Shown one piece after another: positions 49,852 to 61,332 of a DNA stretch of 64,000 nt. The first letter of the stretch is position 1, and every line of letters starts with the position of its first letter. The stretch spans positions 11,083,263 through 11,147,262 of the forward strand of contig NC_134028.1 in assembly GCF_964204645.1 (NCBI RefSeq). Reading direction: 5' to 3'. The notes under the pieces are model-generated. The model saw only the letters and a program-made list of their open reading frames with translations, searched no databases and had not been told where the DNA came from. The DNA is from Tubulanus polymorphus (Eukaryota; Animalia; Nemertea). Position numbers and translations under genes: made by a program.

Positions 49852-50115
49852 ATTCAATTAGTTTGTTAATCTAGTTGAATTCTAGTTATTGGTAGTTGTA
49901 ACAAAAATCAAATAGATTTAACAATATTTTAACTAGCTTGTTAATCTAGTTTAATTCTATTTACATTATAGTTGAATTCTAGTTGTTAGTAGTTGAAACA
50001 AAAATCAACTAGATTTAACACGAAATAAACAAAAACAACAATATTTCAACTAGCTTGTTAATCTAGTTGAATTCTAGTTACATTCTAGTTGAATTCTAGT
50101 TGCAACATCACAACT
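49850..50115. repeat. AT-rich CTAG-containing internal repeat array
   Basis: Recurrent CTAGTTGAATTCTAGTT / AACTAGCTTGTTAATCTAG units. Confidence 0.7.
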
Positions 50116-50133
50116 AATTTTTTTGTTATATAA

Positions 50134-50728
50134 ATAGTAGGTGAAAAGAAAATAAAATCTAAAAATGGTGATGTTCCAATTTAGGAATTTAGGAATAACA
50201 GAAAACAAATTAATTCCAGATGATGGTGCTTTAAATAATGTTACAACAAATAATAATTATGAATATTATCTTTATTGCAAACATCAATTAGAAATATTAA
50301 TAGCATCTGGAAAATGTAAAAATTTTGTCGATAAAAATTTAACTTATAATGAACTAGATATAATGAAATCAGTTGAAATTATTAGATTATTTAAGATTTA
50401 TGAAGCCTCGAGAACAGCTAGAATTAATGACGCGATATCAGAAAATGCAGTAAAAGGTTATAGTAAATTATGTTATTATATACTACCAATTGAAGATGAA
50501 AATAGATTATAATCCGATTTAAAAAATGATTATTTAGTTATGACTGAATTAAATAAATGGATTGGATATTTATCGTTTCAATTAGGTGGATTTATGACAT
50601 AATTATCAACTGGGGTTATAACATTTTCAAATATTGAAAGTAAAAATATTTCTATAATAAATGAGCGAGGTGAAAGAAGTGAAGGAATTAACTGTGAAGA
50701 AAAAACCGAGAACACAGAAACAAATTGA
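50134..50728 (+). pseudogene. Homologue of 12295-12867 with two nonsense codons and a damaged 5' end
   Basis: TAA at ~50510 and ~50600 align to Tyr and Leu in the intact homologue. Confidence 0.8.
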
Positions 50729-51029
50729 ATGGTCTCGGCAATTAGGAATTAAATCACAAGAATATAAAAAAGCTGTAAAAGAAAAAATAAGTAATAAAAA
50801 TGTTAATAAAAATGGTGAAAATATTGTTATTTCTACTCCTTCTGATAATAGAATATTTGATAAATGTCTATATTTTACAGTTGGATTTGTAATTGTATTC
50901 ATTTTGATTGGGTGTAATTGGTATAAGAAATCAAATAAAATTCATGATATTAATAATTCTGAAACAACTGCTATCAAAAATGAAAATACTTCTGAAATTC
51001 CAAAATTGATAATAAAAAAAATGGATTAA
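50661..51029 (+). CDS. Small single-TM viral protein
   Basis: Basic N-terminus, LYFTVGFVIVFILIG; homologue at 11943. Confidence 0.75.
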   Translation: MSEVKEVKELTVKKKPRTQKQIEWSRQLGIKSQEYKKAVKEKISNKNVNKNGENIVISTPSDNRIFDKCLYFTVGFVIVFILIGCNWYKKSNKIHDINNSETTAIKNENTSEIPKLIIKKMD

Positions 51030-52144
51030 TATTTTAGAAAAAAAGCAAAAAAAATAATTGAATATCTCACTACTTTTGTCTATCTATGTGGAGCAATTAA
51101 ATTGTCCACATAAGTCATTTCGGATTCTAGATATTCATTATTTTTATTAATTTATTTTGTTTTTACTTGAATATTGTATTACAGTCGTTTCTTATTATTA
51201 GTTTTTTCTTAAATTGAAAGATGGCAGCACTGGGTGTGATGCTAAAATGAATATTTGAATTTGAATTTGAATTTGTTTATCAATTAACATAGTAATTGAT
51301 TACTAATTTGATTAAAAATTATATCATAATTAAGTTAAAAATCCATAATTTATTTATCAGTTTTCATTCTTATATTCTTTTCATTCGGAATAATTTATAA
51401 TTTCAAATTTCACATATTTTTTTAACACCAGCAACATTTACTTAGGTGTTTTAGCTAAGTATATAACGCAATTCATTCAACCACTGGAGTGCCGCCGGGC
51501 TTGGCTTGCAGGGGCATTTCGAAAATGCACCTTTGTCCACCCTCCGTGGTTCTCCTTCAGTTTCGACTTTCGATCCTCCTTTCGGGGGTAAGGGGTTGAT
51601 AGGAAATGCATTAGGCGTCTTTAATATAATGTGTTTCCTGTCAACCATTGAAGGAGAATTGGTGAGGTGTGGGTCACAGGGGTGTAAGTAGAAATGCTTG
51701 GGGATAGGTATCTCGTGGCGCTTCTCAATAACGGGATGCTTATCCCCTAAAAACTCTGCGAGTCAAGCCGGGTGGTTTTGCTAAAACTTACCGTAAAAAC
51801 ATTGAAATATTCCTTTTAATCACGAGAGAGAATGATGACTATCCTCCTGTCGTCACGGCCGAGCTAATTTAAATAAACCTCGCTTTCAGCAACCAATGAA
51901 AACGTGGTAGTTCAATGCCGGCTAACTGGCCTGTGTGTATTGTATGTACTGCGTGCTTATTATATAACTGCTAGCTATCCAATATAACAACAACGTTGTG
52001 CAACACCTGTTTGATTGATCAATATTCAAATGAAGCACTCTCTTATAATAACATGTAACAGATGTTTGACTGTATGATTGTAGTTGTTTATAAAACGACT
52101 AAGGTCATTTTGGATTCTAGATATTCATTATTTTTATTTCTTAT

Positions 52145-52469
52145 TTAATCAACAATTTCTAAATCATGATGACCGTCTTCATTTTTTCCATGATATATTA
52201 TTTTAAATCCTACTAAATCTTTCAATTCCTCTGTACTCAATGAAACCCATTTATCGGGTAAAAACACTTTAAATTCTCGTGATGTACTAACATTACAGTA
52301 GCTTAAATTAGCTGATACTTTCTCTCCATATTTAGTTTTTATCTTTTCTAATTTCAATATCTTATGTTCAATTTCTTGTAACATCAACTAACTTTTTTAT
52401 TTCAAATTGTTTTTTTGTTGGTTTAATTCTGTTATTTATTGTTGCTAAGAATGCTTTTCTATCTCCCAT
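52145..52469 (-). pseudogene. Right-arm gene starting at the ATG inside the right TIR, frameshifted
   Basis: MGDRKAFLATINNRIKPTKKQFEIKKL from 52469 continues in another frame into ORF 52145-52387. Confidence 0.6.
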
Positions 52470-52549
52470 TTATAAGGAAAAAAAATTACTTGTGGTGATG
52501 AGTGGTCGACCTTCGACCTCTGGTATGAAAGCCTACTTTCCCAATTACT
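52465..52549 (-). repeat. Right terminal inverted repeat
   Basis: Exact reverse complement of 35194-35278. Confidence 0.97.
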
Positions 52550-52760
52550 CAGATTGTAGTTGATAAGTGGTTTCCAGTGTGTTGGTTTTAGCGCATGTTT
52601 AAGTCTTCGACACCAAATGTCTCAAGTCACCCTGATTTACGGTACCCGTACTGAGCCGTCTGTACTGAATGTGTTTGTAATTCCTTTATTTTACTGTGTT
52701 TTTGGTTTTGTTGAATGGAACTGGCTAAATGCGTTGGCTTACCTAACAATGGGTTGAATC
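52550..52760 (-). mobile_element. L1/Tx1 ORF2 remnant (5' flank of the Polinton target)
   Basis: Joining across one CAGATT copy restores the frame WCRRLKHALKPTHWKPLINYNL-QKYLGPGWNI. Confidence 0.75.
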
Positions 52761-53226
52761 TGAACTGTAGAGACCGGCAACCAGTCTAAATCTCTACCGG
52801 GAGGATGCGGTGTTGCCTTGCCTGAATATTCTCGGAACTATCCGCGCTTCCAAATTGACAATTCAATTCAATAAGATTTTTATTATATACGCCCTATTAT
52901 ACGCTAAGGTGAGTCCAAATTATGCAAAATACAGCCCAGAAAATGTGTTTCCCGAGATTTTTAAGATTAACACCTGAACTCGAATTTGTCCACACGAAAT
53001 AGCTCCAATCTTACTGAAAGAAAGCTTGTTGGAATGGGGAGGGCTCAAATAACAATATATTTTTAAATTTTTGAATTATCTTCAGTAGTTTTCGAGATAT
53101 CGCAAATTGAAGTTTGAAAATTTGAGCGAAAAGTGTCTTCATGTTTCAATACACAAAAACTGTGATCTAAGAAGGCAATATTTCATGTAAACAAACTTCA
53201 ATATCTCTTAAACTAAAAGAGATAGA

Positions 53227-53774
53227 CTAATGTCTATTTATTAATTGATGAGACCTGTTTTTCTTGGATATTTTGCTTACTTTTTGGGGTACATACCTCA
53301 TTTATGTCTTAACAGAATGCCAAAAGTCGCGGACAACAACTGAATATCCGATATATTTCCAGTTCTGTACCAATTAGATGGATTGGCAAAAAGACTCCTT
53401 AAGTCCAGTTGAATGAGAGAGAAAATCCTCCATTTTGTGAAATTTCTTGAATTTTTACATTGTCACCATGCCTACGAAATGAAGTTATTTTTCTTGTGGG
53501 GTCTCAACAACTAAATCAGGGTGGCGTAGGCATGGTAACAATGTTCAAATCCAAGAAATTTGACAAAATGGAGGATTTTCTCTCTCATTCAACTGGACTT
53601 AAGGAGTCTTTTTGCCAATCCATCTAATTGGTACAGAACTGGAAATATATCGGATATTCAGTTGTTGTCCGCGATTTTTGGCATTCTGTTAAGACATAAA
53701 TGAGGTATGTACCCCAAAAAGTAAGCAAAATATCCCAGAAAAACAGGTCTCATCAATTAATAAATAGACATTAG
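53227..53774. repeat. 250-bp near-perfect inverted repeat with a 48-bp spacer
   Basis: Arms 53227-53476 and 53525-53774 are reverse complements with few mismatches. Confidence 0.9.
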
Positions 53775-53780
53775 AAATTT

Positions 53781-55105
53781 AAAGAGCAATACTCTCATAG
53801 CACTTTCAGGTGACAGTTGAAAGACCCAAAATTTTTATCTGATTCCAAATGCCTATGGTTTCCATGGAAACCAGCCGAAAAATGGTAAAATAATGAAAAT
53901 ATCGATGTTAGATCAAAAGTTATGATGTAGAAAGGGGATAGAATAACTAGTTATCAATAGTTAATGTTTGCCCTAAGTTTATCTAGGAATATCTATTATT
54001 ATGTAGATTATTATTATTAGGTTTCCATGGTAACGGCAAGAAAAAATGTGAAATATTGAGAAATATTGATATGATTTCAGATGAAATTATTTTTTTCACT
54101 ACATAATTTTTGAAATGAATAAACATGATTATCAAGGCCTGTCAGTTAGGTCTATAGCCATAGGCTCCTATTGCAAATTGATTTAAATATACCAATGTTA
54201 TATATTATTTGCTAGATGGATTTTAGTTAAGAAAAGCAGAAAATTAGGCTTGGCCTAGCTCAAAACGCTGAAATTTGAAATATATTCATGATATCATAAT
54301 AAAATCAATCAGTTTGGAAACATAAACCAAGCAATAGTAATAATACTACTAATAATAACTAAATAATAATCCATTTGTTTTGTTTTGAGCTAAATTTCAA
54401 CAATATTTTATATATATTTCAATTTTGCTGCTTTTGGAAAATCCCCTCGGGAATCACGCGCCTCTATTTTTGCCCGTCACAAGCCTCAATTCATCCCATT
54501 TGACGCCTCCCTCTTTGAACAGCCGCTTTACCGACGGGAGCGTAGTGGCGATCCGCGCGCAAAAAAAAAATTTTGCCGATCATTTCGCTAAATCTGTCCT
54601 AATATTCAGAAATATAGTGATGAATAATTATGAATCGGAAAATAAATACAATAATTCACCGCTAGACCGATGAATAATTGTTGAATATTGATCTCATCAC
54701 GAGCAGCGCTGCGCGTCGTCATTCAATAACAAGTGCCGGCCGCCATTTTGTATCGCTCGCTTCAACGCAAAACTTAGACATTGAATTTTCCGGCAGCGAT
54801 CGCTCAGCCCCGACACGAAATAAAATCATGCGGTCTTCAGTATTTGAATTTTAAGATCCTAAACCTTCCGATTCCTGATGATTCGTCGCTTATTCCGGGT
54901 CCTAAGCTGACAAATTTTGCTCTTGAAAAAGGGTATATTTCGATTTCTATTTTCTTCGTCTAAAATGCGGATTGATACACTAAACCAACCCCCAAGTGAT
55001 TAAGATCGATCTTATTGGTTGATTCCAAAAGATTTTAGCTCATTTGCATTGATAGACAGGTTTTATGAATGATTTTACTACGCGATGTCAAAACGCGTAG
55101 TAAAA
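53781..55105 (-). repeat. Possible HINE-like element
   Basis: TTTTACTACGCG...CGCGTAGTAAAA hairpin at ~55073-55105; short degenerate palindrome at ~53781. Confidence 0.35.
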
Positions 55106-56093
55106 ACGCGCATCACACTTTTCCTAATCAATAATGGTCGTCACAATCGATAGTGGCGCCCCGTGCGGACATGAACATACCTACCCAAGTCTTGGAGTCC
55201 CCAACTCATAGTATCCTTGGTACTATTAATCGTTTAGTATATTTATAATATATACTATATATATAGTACCGGTACTAATTTTTTGCCAATACCAATGCCG
55301 TGAATGCGGCAAAAACTGTAATGTTTCCAAAGTCTCCGTTTTTAACGCATGCACATTTCCATTAGCGAGTGTTGGGGAAATTCTTTAAGTTCAGAAATCG
55401 GTTAAGTGCGCAGCCGCGGGCGTCACTACATCACATGTCAGAACTTTCAAAACTGGGTCATGTCCGTGTATGCATAATGAATGTGTTTTGATGACTCCAA
55501 TGTTTCCGTTTCTATTAGATTCGAATCCCACAATAAATAATTCTCTTATTTCAATTTGATTTGAACATTGATGACCCCAGTGTCACTAGTTTATTTTAGC
55601 GGCGCGACCAGATTCGAGCCCCGAAAAAATACTGATCTTATTTCAATTCAATTTTGAACTTTGATGACAGCGTCCTAGTTAGTTACCTAATCGTTCGTAT
55701 CGTATCGTATTGGTTACAACCAATGGGAGGCATTGTATGCCTATTTCGTTGGTGGTAAGCTTTTTATAATCGGATGGGCTTATCCGTAGCCAACGTTAGG
55801 GATGACAAGGGCCAAAACACGGTTGAAAAAAGTAACACTTCAAAGATATACTTTCTATTCACTTCAGTCCACAATTAATGGCTTAATTCACAAACTAACA
55901 CAGTTACCTTTCGAAATAATCCAATTTTATGTATGTTTCGAGTGATTAATCAACATTATTTTGAGAAATTAATTAATTTCTCCACAAATTCCGCCATTGG
56001 CCGCCATTTCTCTGTATTGCATACATGTGGCATGATAGACAAGGTGACCTACAAGGATTTATATAAAACTTTGAAGACGAAATGACAATTTTT

Positions 56094-57370
56094 ATTAGCC
56101 CACTTGGGACTTTAGTCCCAGCGGGCTATTGCGTTCACTTTTCGTCCGTCGTCCGTCCGTAGCGTCCGTCCGTCCGTAGACGGAATCCAGTTGTTTTGGG
56201 AAGTTTTGAAGACGCTTCAAGGTAATGTCTTGATATTTGGTTTACACATGTATCTACCCTAGACACATCTTCAGCCCAAAAACTGGCCCTGTCAGATTCA
56301 AGATGGCCGACTGGCAGCCATTGTTGTTCGCCAAAATCAGCACTTTTTACACATTTTTGAACTTTTTGAGGGAAATTTTGAAGATGCTTTGATCAATTAC
56401 CTTGATCTTTCGGATATATGTGAATTCCCCCAGGGTTCATCAGCATAACAAAAATTGGGTCGATCGGACTCAAGATGGCCGTCCTATGACCTTTTTAGTG
56501 CCCAAAAATGTTAATTTTGGCCCAAATTTTGAGTCCTGTAGCTTCCTACTGGTTTATCATTTCTCATTGCAATTTGTGATGGGTATTCTTTGGAAAGGGA
56601 TGTTTTATACCTGAGACAGGTATTTTTCATCAGCCAATTATGACGCAATTGGCGGCCATCTTGGTGTAAGCAGTACTCATTCGTAAGTGGGAAAAAGTTT
56701 TTCCACATTATATTGATATCTAAGCGTATTTTGTTACCACAATCATTTAGAAAGTTGTAGCTCATAACGTGTTCTATGATTGTGGTGAGTTTCAAGGTCA
56801 TTGGTTTTTGTATATGGCCACCAGGGGGCGTTGAATAATGCAATATCTTAGTATTTCTATATTATATTCGTATCAATGCATATTTTGTAACCACAATCAA
56901 TTGCAAAGTTGTTGCTCATGACATCATCTATGATTGTGGCAAGTTTTAAGGCCATTAGTTATTCTATATTGTCACCAGGGGGCGTTGAATAGTAGAATAA
57001 CTTAGTATTTCCTTATTATATTGGTACCTAGGCATATTTTGTTACCATGATCAATTACAAAGTTATAGTTCGTGACATGTTCTATGATTGTGGTGAGTTT
57101 CAAGGTCATTGGGTTTTGAATATGGTCACCAGGGGGCGTTGAATAGTAGAATAACTTAGTATTTCTATATTAAAGTGGTAACGAGGCATATTTTGTTATC
57201 ACAATCAATTACAAAATCGTAGCTGCTGACATGTTCTATGATTGTGGTGAGTTTCAAGGTCATTGGATTCTGTATGTGGTCACCAGGGGGCGTTGAATAT
57301 TGAAATTGTTAGATTGTTGAGCATTTGGAACCACTTCCCAAGTGGGCATGGTGTCCCTGGACCCCTAGTT
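56094..57370 (+). repeat. HINE/DINE-1-like element, complete
   Basis: TTAGCCCACTTGGGA...GGGCTA 5' hairpin, (CCGT)n, ~155-bp CACCAGGGGGCGTTGAAT tandem units, 3' TCCCAAGTGGGC plus short hairpin; flanked by T tracts. Confidence 0.8.
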
Positions 57371-58021
57371 TTTGATGGTTTTCCAACATGTATTTCAAAT
57401 CTTCGTGCTTTCCATGATAAATAATGAAATAATAAATTCTGGATGAAGAAAAATGTGAATTAGTGTTGATTTCTTAATTTTTTCAATTTCGTCATTTCGC
57501 TTCGTAGTTTGTGCTGTTGTCCTGGCCTTAGTCCACAGGTGCCAGCACCCTCCAGTAATTTTCAAAATGGCAGCTGTTGACTCGACAGAAATTTACTCTC
57601 ACTTTACGGCCGATTTGCACATGGATTAAGATCGTCAGGTGAGGCATTATAGGTATCAGACAAACTACGAATCTGTTGTGCATCGATTACAACAAAAATC
57701 AGGCGGATATCTTAAACGACCAGAAAATGCCAGGCAAATTACCCGTCAGTCAAATTGGCTGACGAAGATTGCATACAAGAATGATGTTCCTATTCCTGAC
57801 TGTGGTTTGTGAAAATATCCGATCGTGAAACTAAACCACAGACAAGTTACTGACTAACAGCGTCCAGTGTAGCTGGATGCTTTATTTCATACGGCGCTAT
57901 CATGTTCGAATCCCGAAAATGCTGATCTCGAAATGCTAACCATTATGAACTTTGGTGCACTTTCTATGGTGATCCCAATGTCACTGTTAAATCATTTGGA
58001 CAATTTATTTAATTGTATTAA

Positions 58022-58241
58022 GGCTAAACAAAAATGATACCTTATTTCTCCGCAGCGGCCGGGTCATTTTTGTAAAATATGATAAAATTTATAAACAGTT
58101 CATTTCTATAGCGGCTGGGTCTGTTATGGTAAAATTGATCACGATTTTAAAAAAAGTAATGTATAGGGTAGATAGGCGGCCGGCCGGGTCAACATTTAAG
58201 CTCAGCAGAGCGGAGAAACAAGGTATCAATTTTTTTTAGCC
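58022..58241. mobile_element. PIF/Harbinger-like MITE
   Basis: TIR GGCTAAA.AAAA.TGATACCTT.TTTCTCCGC; TAA on both flanks. Confidence 0.65.
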
Positions 58242-58654
58242 TAACATATGATACACAAGCATATGATACATGAGATTATTTAGACATCACATCCTGCGGC
58301 CAAAGTTCACGCTGGTTCATTTCAAGCGAAAACCGTACTGACATGACCCAGTTTTGAAACATGTAAACACTGTCATAGCACCTGGGCACTGTACTGATTT
58401 TTCGACTTGGACATTTCCAACATGTACTGAGCCTAATGCGCATGCGTTAAAAACGGAGACATTGGAAACATTACGGTTTTTGCGGGAATGTGGCAATGGC
58501 TAAATATTGGGTTAGGTTTGTTTTTTTAAACTGGCTCCAGTTACGGGGGAATCTGCACTTTGTCTATATCTATGTACGCGCATCGGGAAGGAATAGGGTT
58601 AGGGTAAGGTGAGGATATATATGAATTAACTCATCCAGCTTCCAGATGTAGCTA

Positions 58655-59168
58655 ATGACATGGTCTAAGATCGTGGTGAGTTTCAAGGTCATTGGTTTTT
58701 GCATATGGCCACCAGGGGGCTTGAAAAATGCAATGACTTAGTATTCTATATTATATTCGTTCCTTTGCACATTTTGTTACCACAATCAATTGAAAAGTCA
58801 TAGCTCATGACATGTTCTATGATTGTGGTGAGTTTCATGGACATTAGTTATTCTATATGGTCAATAACTAGGGGCGTTGAATAGAAGAATAACTTTCCTT
58901 ATTATATTGGTACTTAGGCATATTTTGTTACCGTGATTAACAGCAAAGTTGTAGCTCATGACATGTTTTATAATTATGATGAGTTTCAAGGTCATTGGGC
59001 TTTGCATATCGTCACCAGGGGTTGTTGAATAGTAGAATAACTTAGTATTTCCATATCATTTTGGTAACTAGGCATATTTTGTTACCACAATCAATTACAA
59101 AATTGTAGCTGTTGACATGTTCTATGATTGTGGTGAGTTTCAAGGTCATTCGATTTTTTCAAGGTCAT
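58655..59168 (+). repeat. Fragment of the same HINE internal tandem array
   Basis: Repeated GTGGTGAGTTTCAAGGTCATT units as in 56780-57300. Confidence 0.75.
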
Positions 59169-59243
59169 GCGCTAACCGTACTCCGTAACCGGAGCTATCG
59201 CATTCCGTTTATGGACTCCGTAACTGGGGCCACATTGTTGTAT

Positions 59244-61332
59244 TTTAGCTCCGCTGTGACCGAAGGTCAGTGGAGCTGATGGGTTAGAGTGATTATCCGT
59301 CATCGTCTGTCCGTCCGTCAACTATTGCTTCAATTTGCTACTAGTGCTACAGTTCTTTCCTAATCTTGACCTAACTTGGTATGAAGCTAATATGGGCCAA
59401 GGGCTAAAAAGTTATAGAGCCGTTTTCCCAATTTGATCTCTAGGGGGCGCTGTCCGGGTGGCGCGTGTAAAATCTTTAAATCGCTACTTGTCCTACAGAT
59501 ATTGTACGATGTTGACGTGCAGATACTACAAGCCAAGGACTAAAATGTTAAAGAGCTGTTTTTAGTTCCGCTGTGACCGAAGGACCGAGGGAGCCGTCGT
59601 CATTCGTCCGTTTGTTCGTTAGTTCATTCGTCGTTCGTGCTCCGTCAACTTTTTCTTCAAATCGCTACTAGTCCTACAGTTTTAATCAGATCAATTCCAA
59701 ATTTGGTATGAAAGTTCTATGGACCTAGGCCTGTAAAGGTACGGAGCCATTTTTTGGATTCGTCACCCAGGGGCGCTCCTGAGGGGTGGAGTTTCTATTT
59801 CTTCACATAGTGGTTTTGTTGGAAAAAGGCTACTAGTCCTACAGTTTTCAGGGATGAGCATTTCCCGCTTTCTGCAATTTCCCGCTTTTTTTTGTGATGA
59901 GAAATTTTAAAATACAAGCTTTCCAAATTGTCCAGATCCATTGAGAAATGGGGTAGGGGGTTGGAAGGTCTGCTGTCTCTGGCATTATGTTTCTGCTCAC
60001 AAAACTGAGTATTTTTAGCATGCTTGACGGTGCTCAGCCCAAAAAAGATGTTCGTTATGTGTTGCAATCTGGTATTGCCAATATAAACTACTGTGAAAAA
60101 ATAATCAGTTCGTGCTGCCATCTAGAATGGAACCAAGACTGTTTTGGAAATCATGCTGGGAACACCCACCTTCAGCTTCGTGCCTATGTTGCAGTTTAGC
60201 TGCAATTTCAGTAATTATCAGAAATTTCATCAAAAGTCCCGCTTTTTTCATAAACCCTGGTTCTCATCCCTGAGTTTTAATCAGATCAATTCCAAATTTG
60301 GTATGAATGTTATATGGAGAGGCCATAAAGTTACAGAGCCATTTTTTGGATTCTTCCCCCTAGGGGCGCCTCTTGGGGTGGAATTTCTATTTCTTCAAAT
60401 TGCTACTAATCCTACAGTTTTAATCAGATCAAGTCCAAATTTGGTATGAATGTTCTATGGACCAATACCTACAAAATATTTTTTGGATTTGGCCAAAAGG
60501 GGGCACCCCTATGTATGCAGCTTCTATTTCTTCAAATCACACAGCAGAGCTATATAAGCCGATAGGCTCCTTGTCCCAATTTGATCTCTAGGGGGCGCTG
60601 TACAGCTTGTCCTACTTGCTACTTGTCCTACAATTATAGTCTGAAAAAGTTATGGAGCCATTTTCCCAAGTTGATCTCTGGGGGCGCTGTAAGGGTGGCG
60701 CTTGTTAAATCTTTAATCTACTTGTCCTACAATTAGGCTATAATCCGATCTTGATGAAACTTGGTTTATGGATACTACAGGCCAGGGGACAAAATGTTAT
60801 AGGCCTAGAGCCATCTCCAATTTGACCTTAAGGGGGCGCTGTACAGGTCACACTTGTTAAATCACTATCCATCCTACAAATATAGTCTGGTGTTGACGAA
60901 ACTTGGTATGTATATACTATGGGCCAAGGGCTAGAAACTTATGGAGCGGTTTTCCAAATTTAATCTCTAGAGGGCGCTGTATGGGTGGCGCTTGTAAAAT
61001 CTATAAATCGCTACTTGTCCTACAATTATTATCCAATCTTACGAAATATGGTGTGTCAATATTTTTGGCCATGGGCTAAATGTTACTGAGCCATTTTGCA
61101 AATCTGATATCTAGGGGGCGCTGTACAGGTCACACTTGTAAAGATCTTTCAATTGCTACCAGTCCTTTAATCATTATCTGATATTGACGAAGCTTGGTGT
61201 GTAGATACTATGGGCCAAGGGCTAAAAAGTTATAGAGCTGTGGATTTGAACTTTTGAGAGTGCTGTGTAGGCGGTCCTTGCAAAATCTTATCAAAAACCA
61301 GCGGAGCTGTATCAGCCGATAGGCTGCTTGTT
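59244..61332 (+). repeat. Second HINE-like family with a related copy nested at ~59560-60573
   Basis: TTAGCTCCGCTG...GGAGCT 5' hairpin, CCGT repeats, AGGGGGCGCTGT tandem units, 3' CAGCGGAGCT...AGCCGATAGGCT; both ends occur twice. Confidence 0.7.

Larger units (their letters stand above)
35194..52549 (+). mobile_element. Complete Polinton/Maverick-type endogenous virus (17,356 bp)
   Basis: Perfect 85-bp TIRs with 5'-AG...CT-3' ends; CAGATT duplicated at 35188-35193 and 52550-52555; pPolB, integrase, ATPase, major and minor capsid genes. Confidence 0.97.
55292..58499. mobile_element. Old non-autonomous TIR element hosting nested insertions
   Basis: GCAAAAAC.GTAATGTTTCCAA.GTCTCCGTTTTTAACGCATGC and TTCAAAACTGGGTCATGTC occur inverted at ~55310-55465 and ~58338-58483. 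Confidence 0.6.

Noticed and set aside
44616-50602. Several in-frame TAA codons in viral genes suggesting stop-codon reassignment
   Set aside because: Two of them align to different residues (Tyr and Leu) in the intact homologue, and TAA is also the normal terminator, so they are ordinary nonsense mutations
51745-51802. Possible spliced 5' exon (ATG...G|GTAAG) for ORF 51451-51648
   Set aside because: Both nearby AG acceptors give an immediate stop in hand translation
35274-52469. Prokaryotic prophage or contaminant, given the dense intron-less genes and the intein
   Set aside because: rve integrase with chromodomain, a 6-bp target duplication inside an L1/Tx1 LINE and eukaryotic TE flanks show a eukaryotic chromosomal insertion
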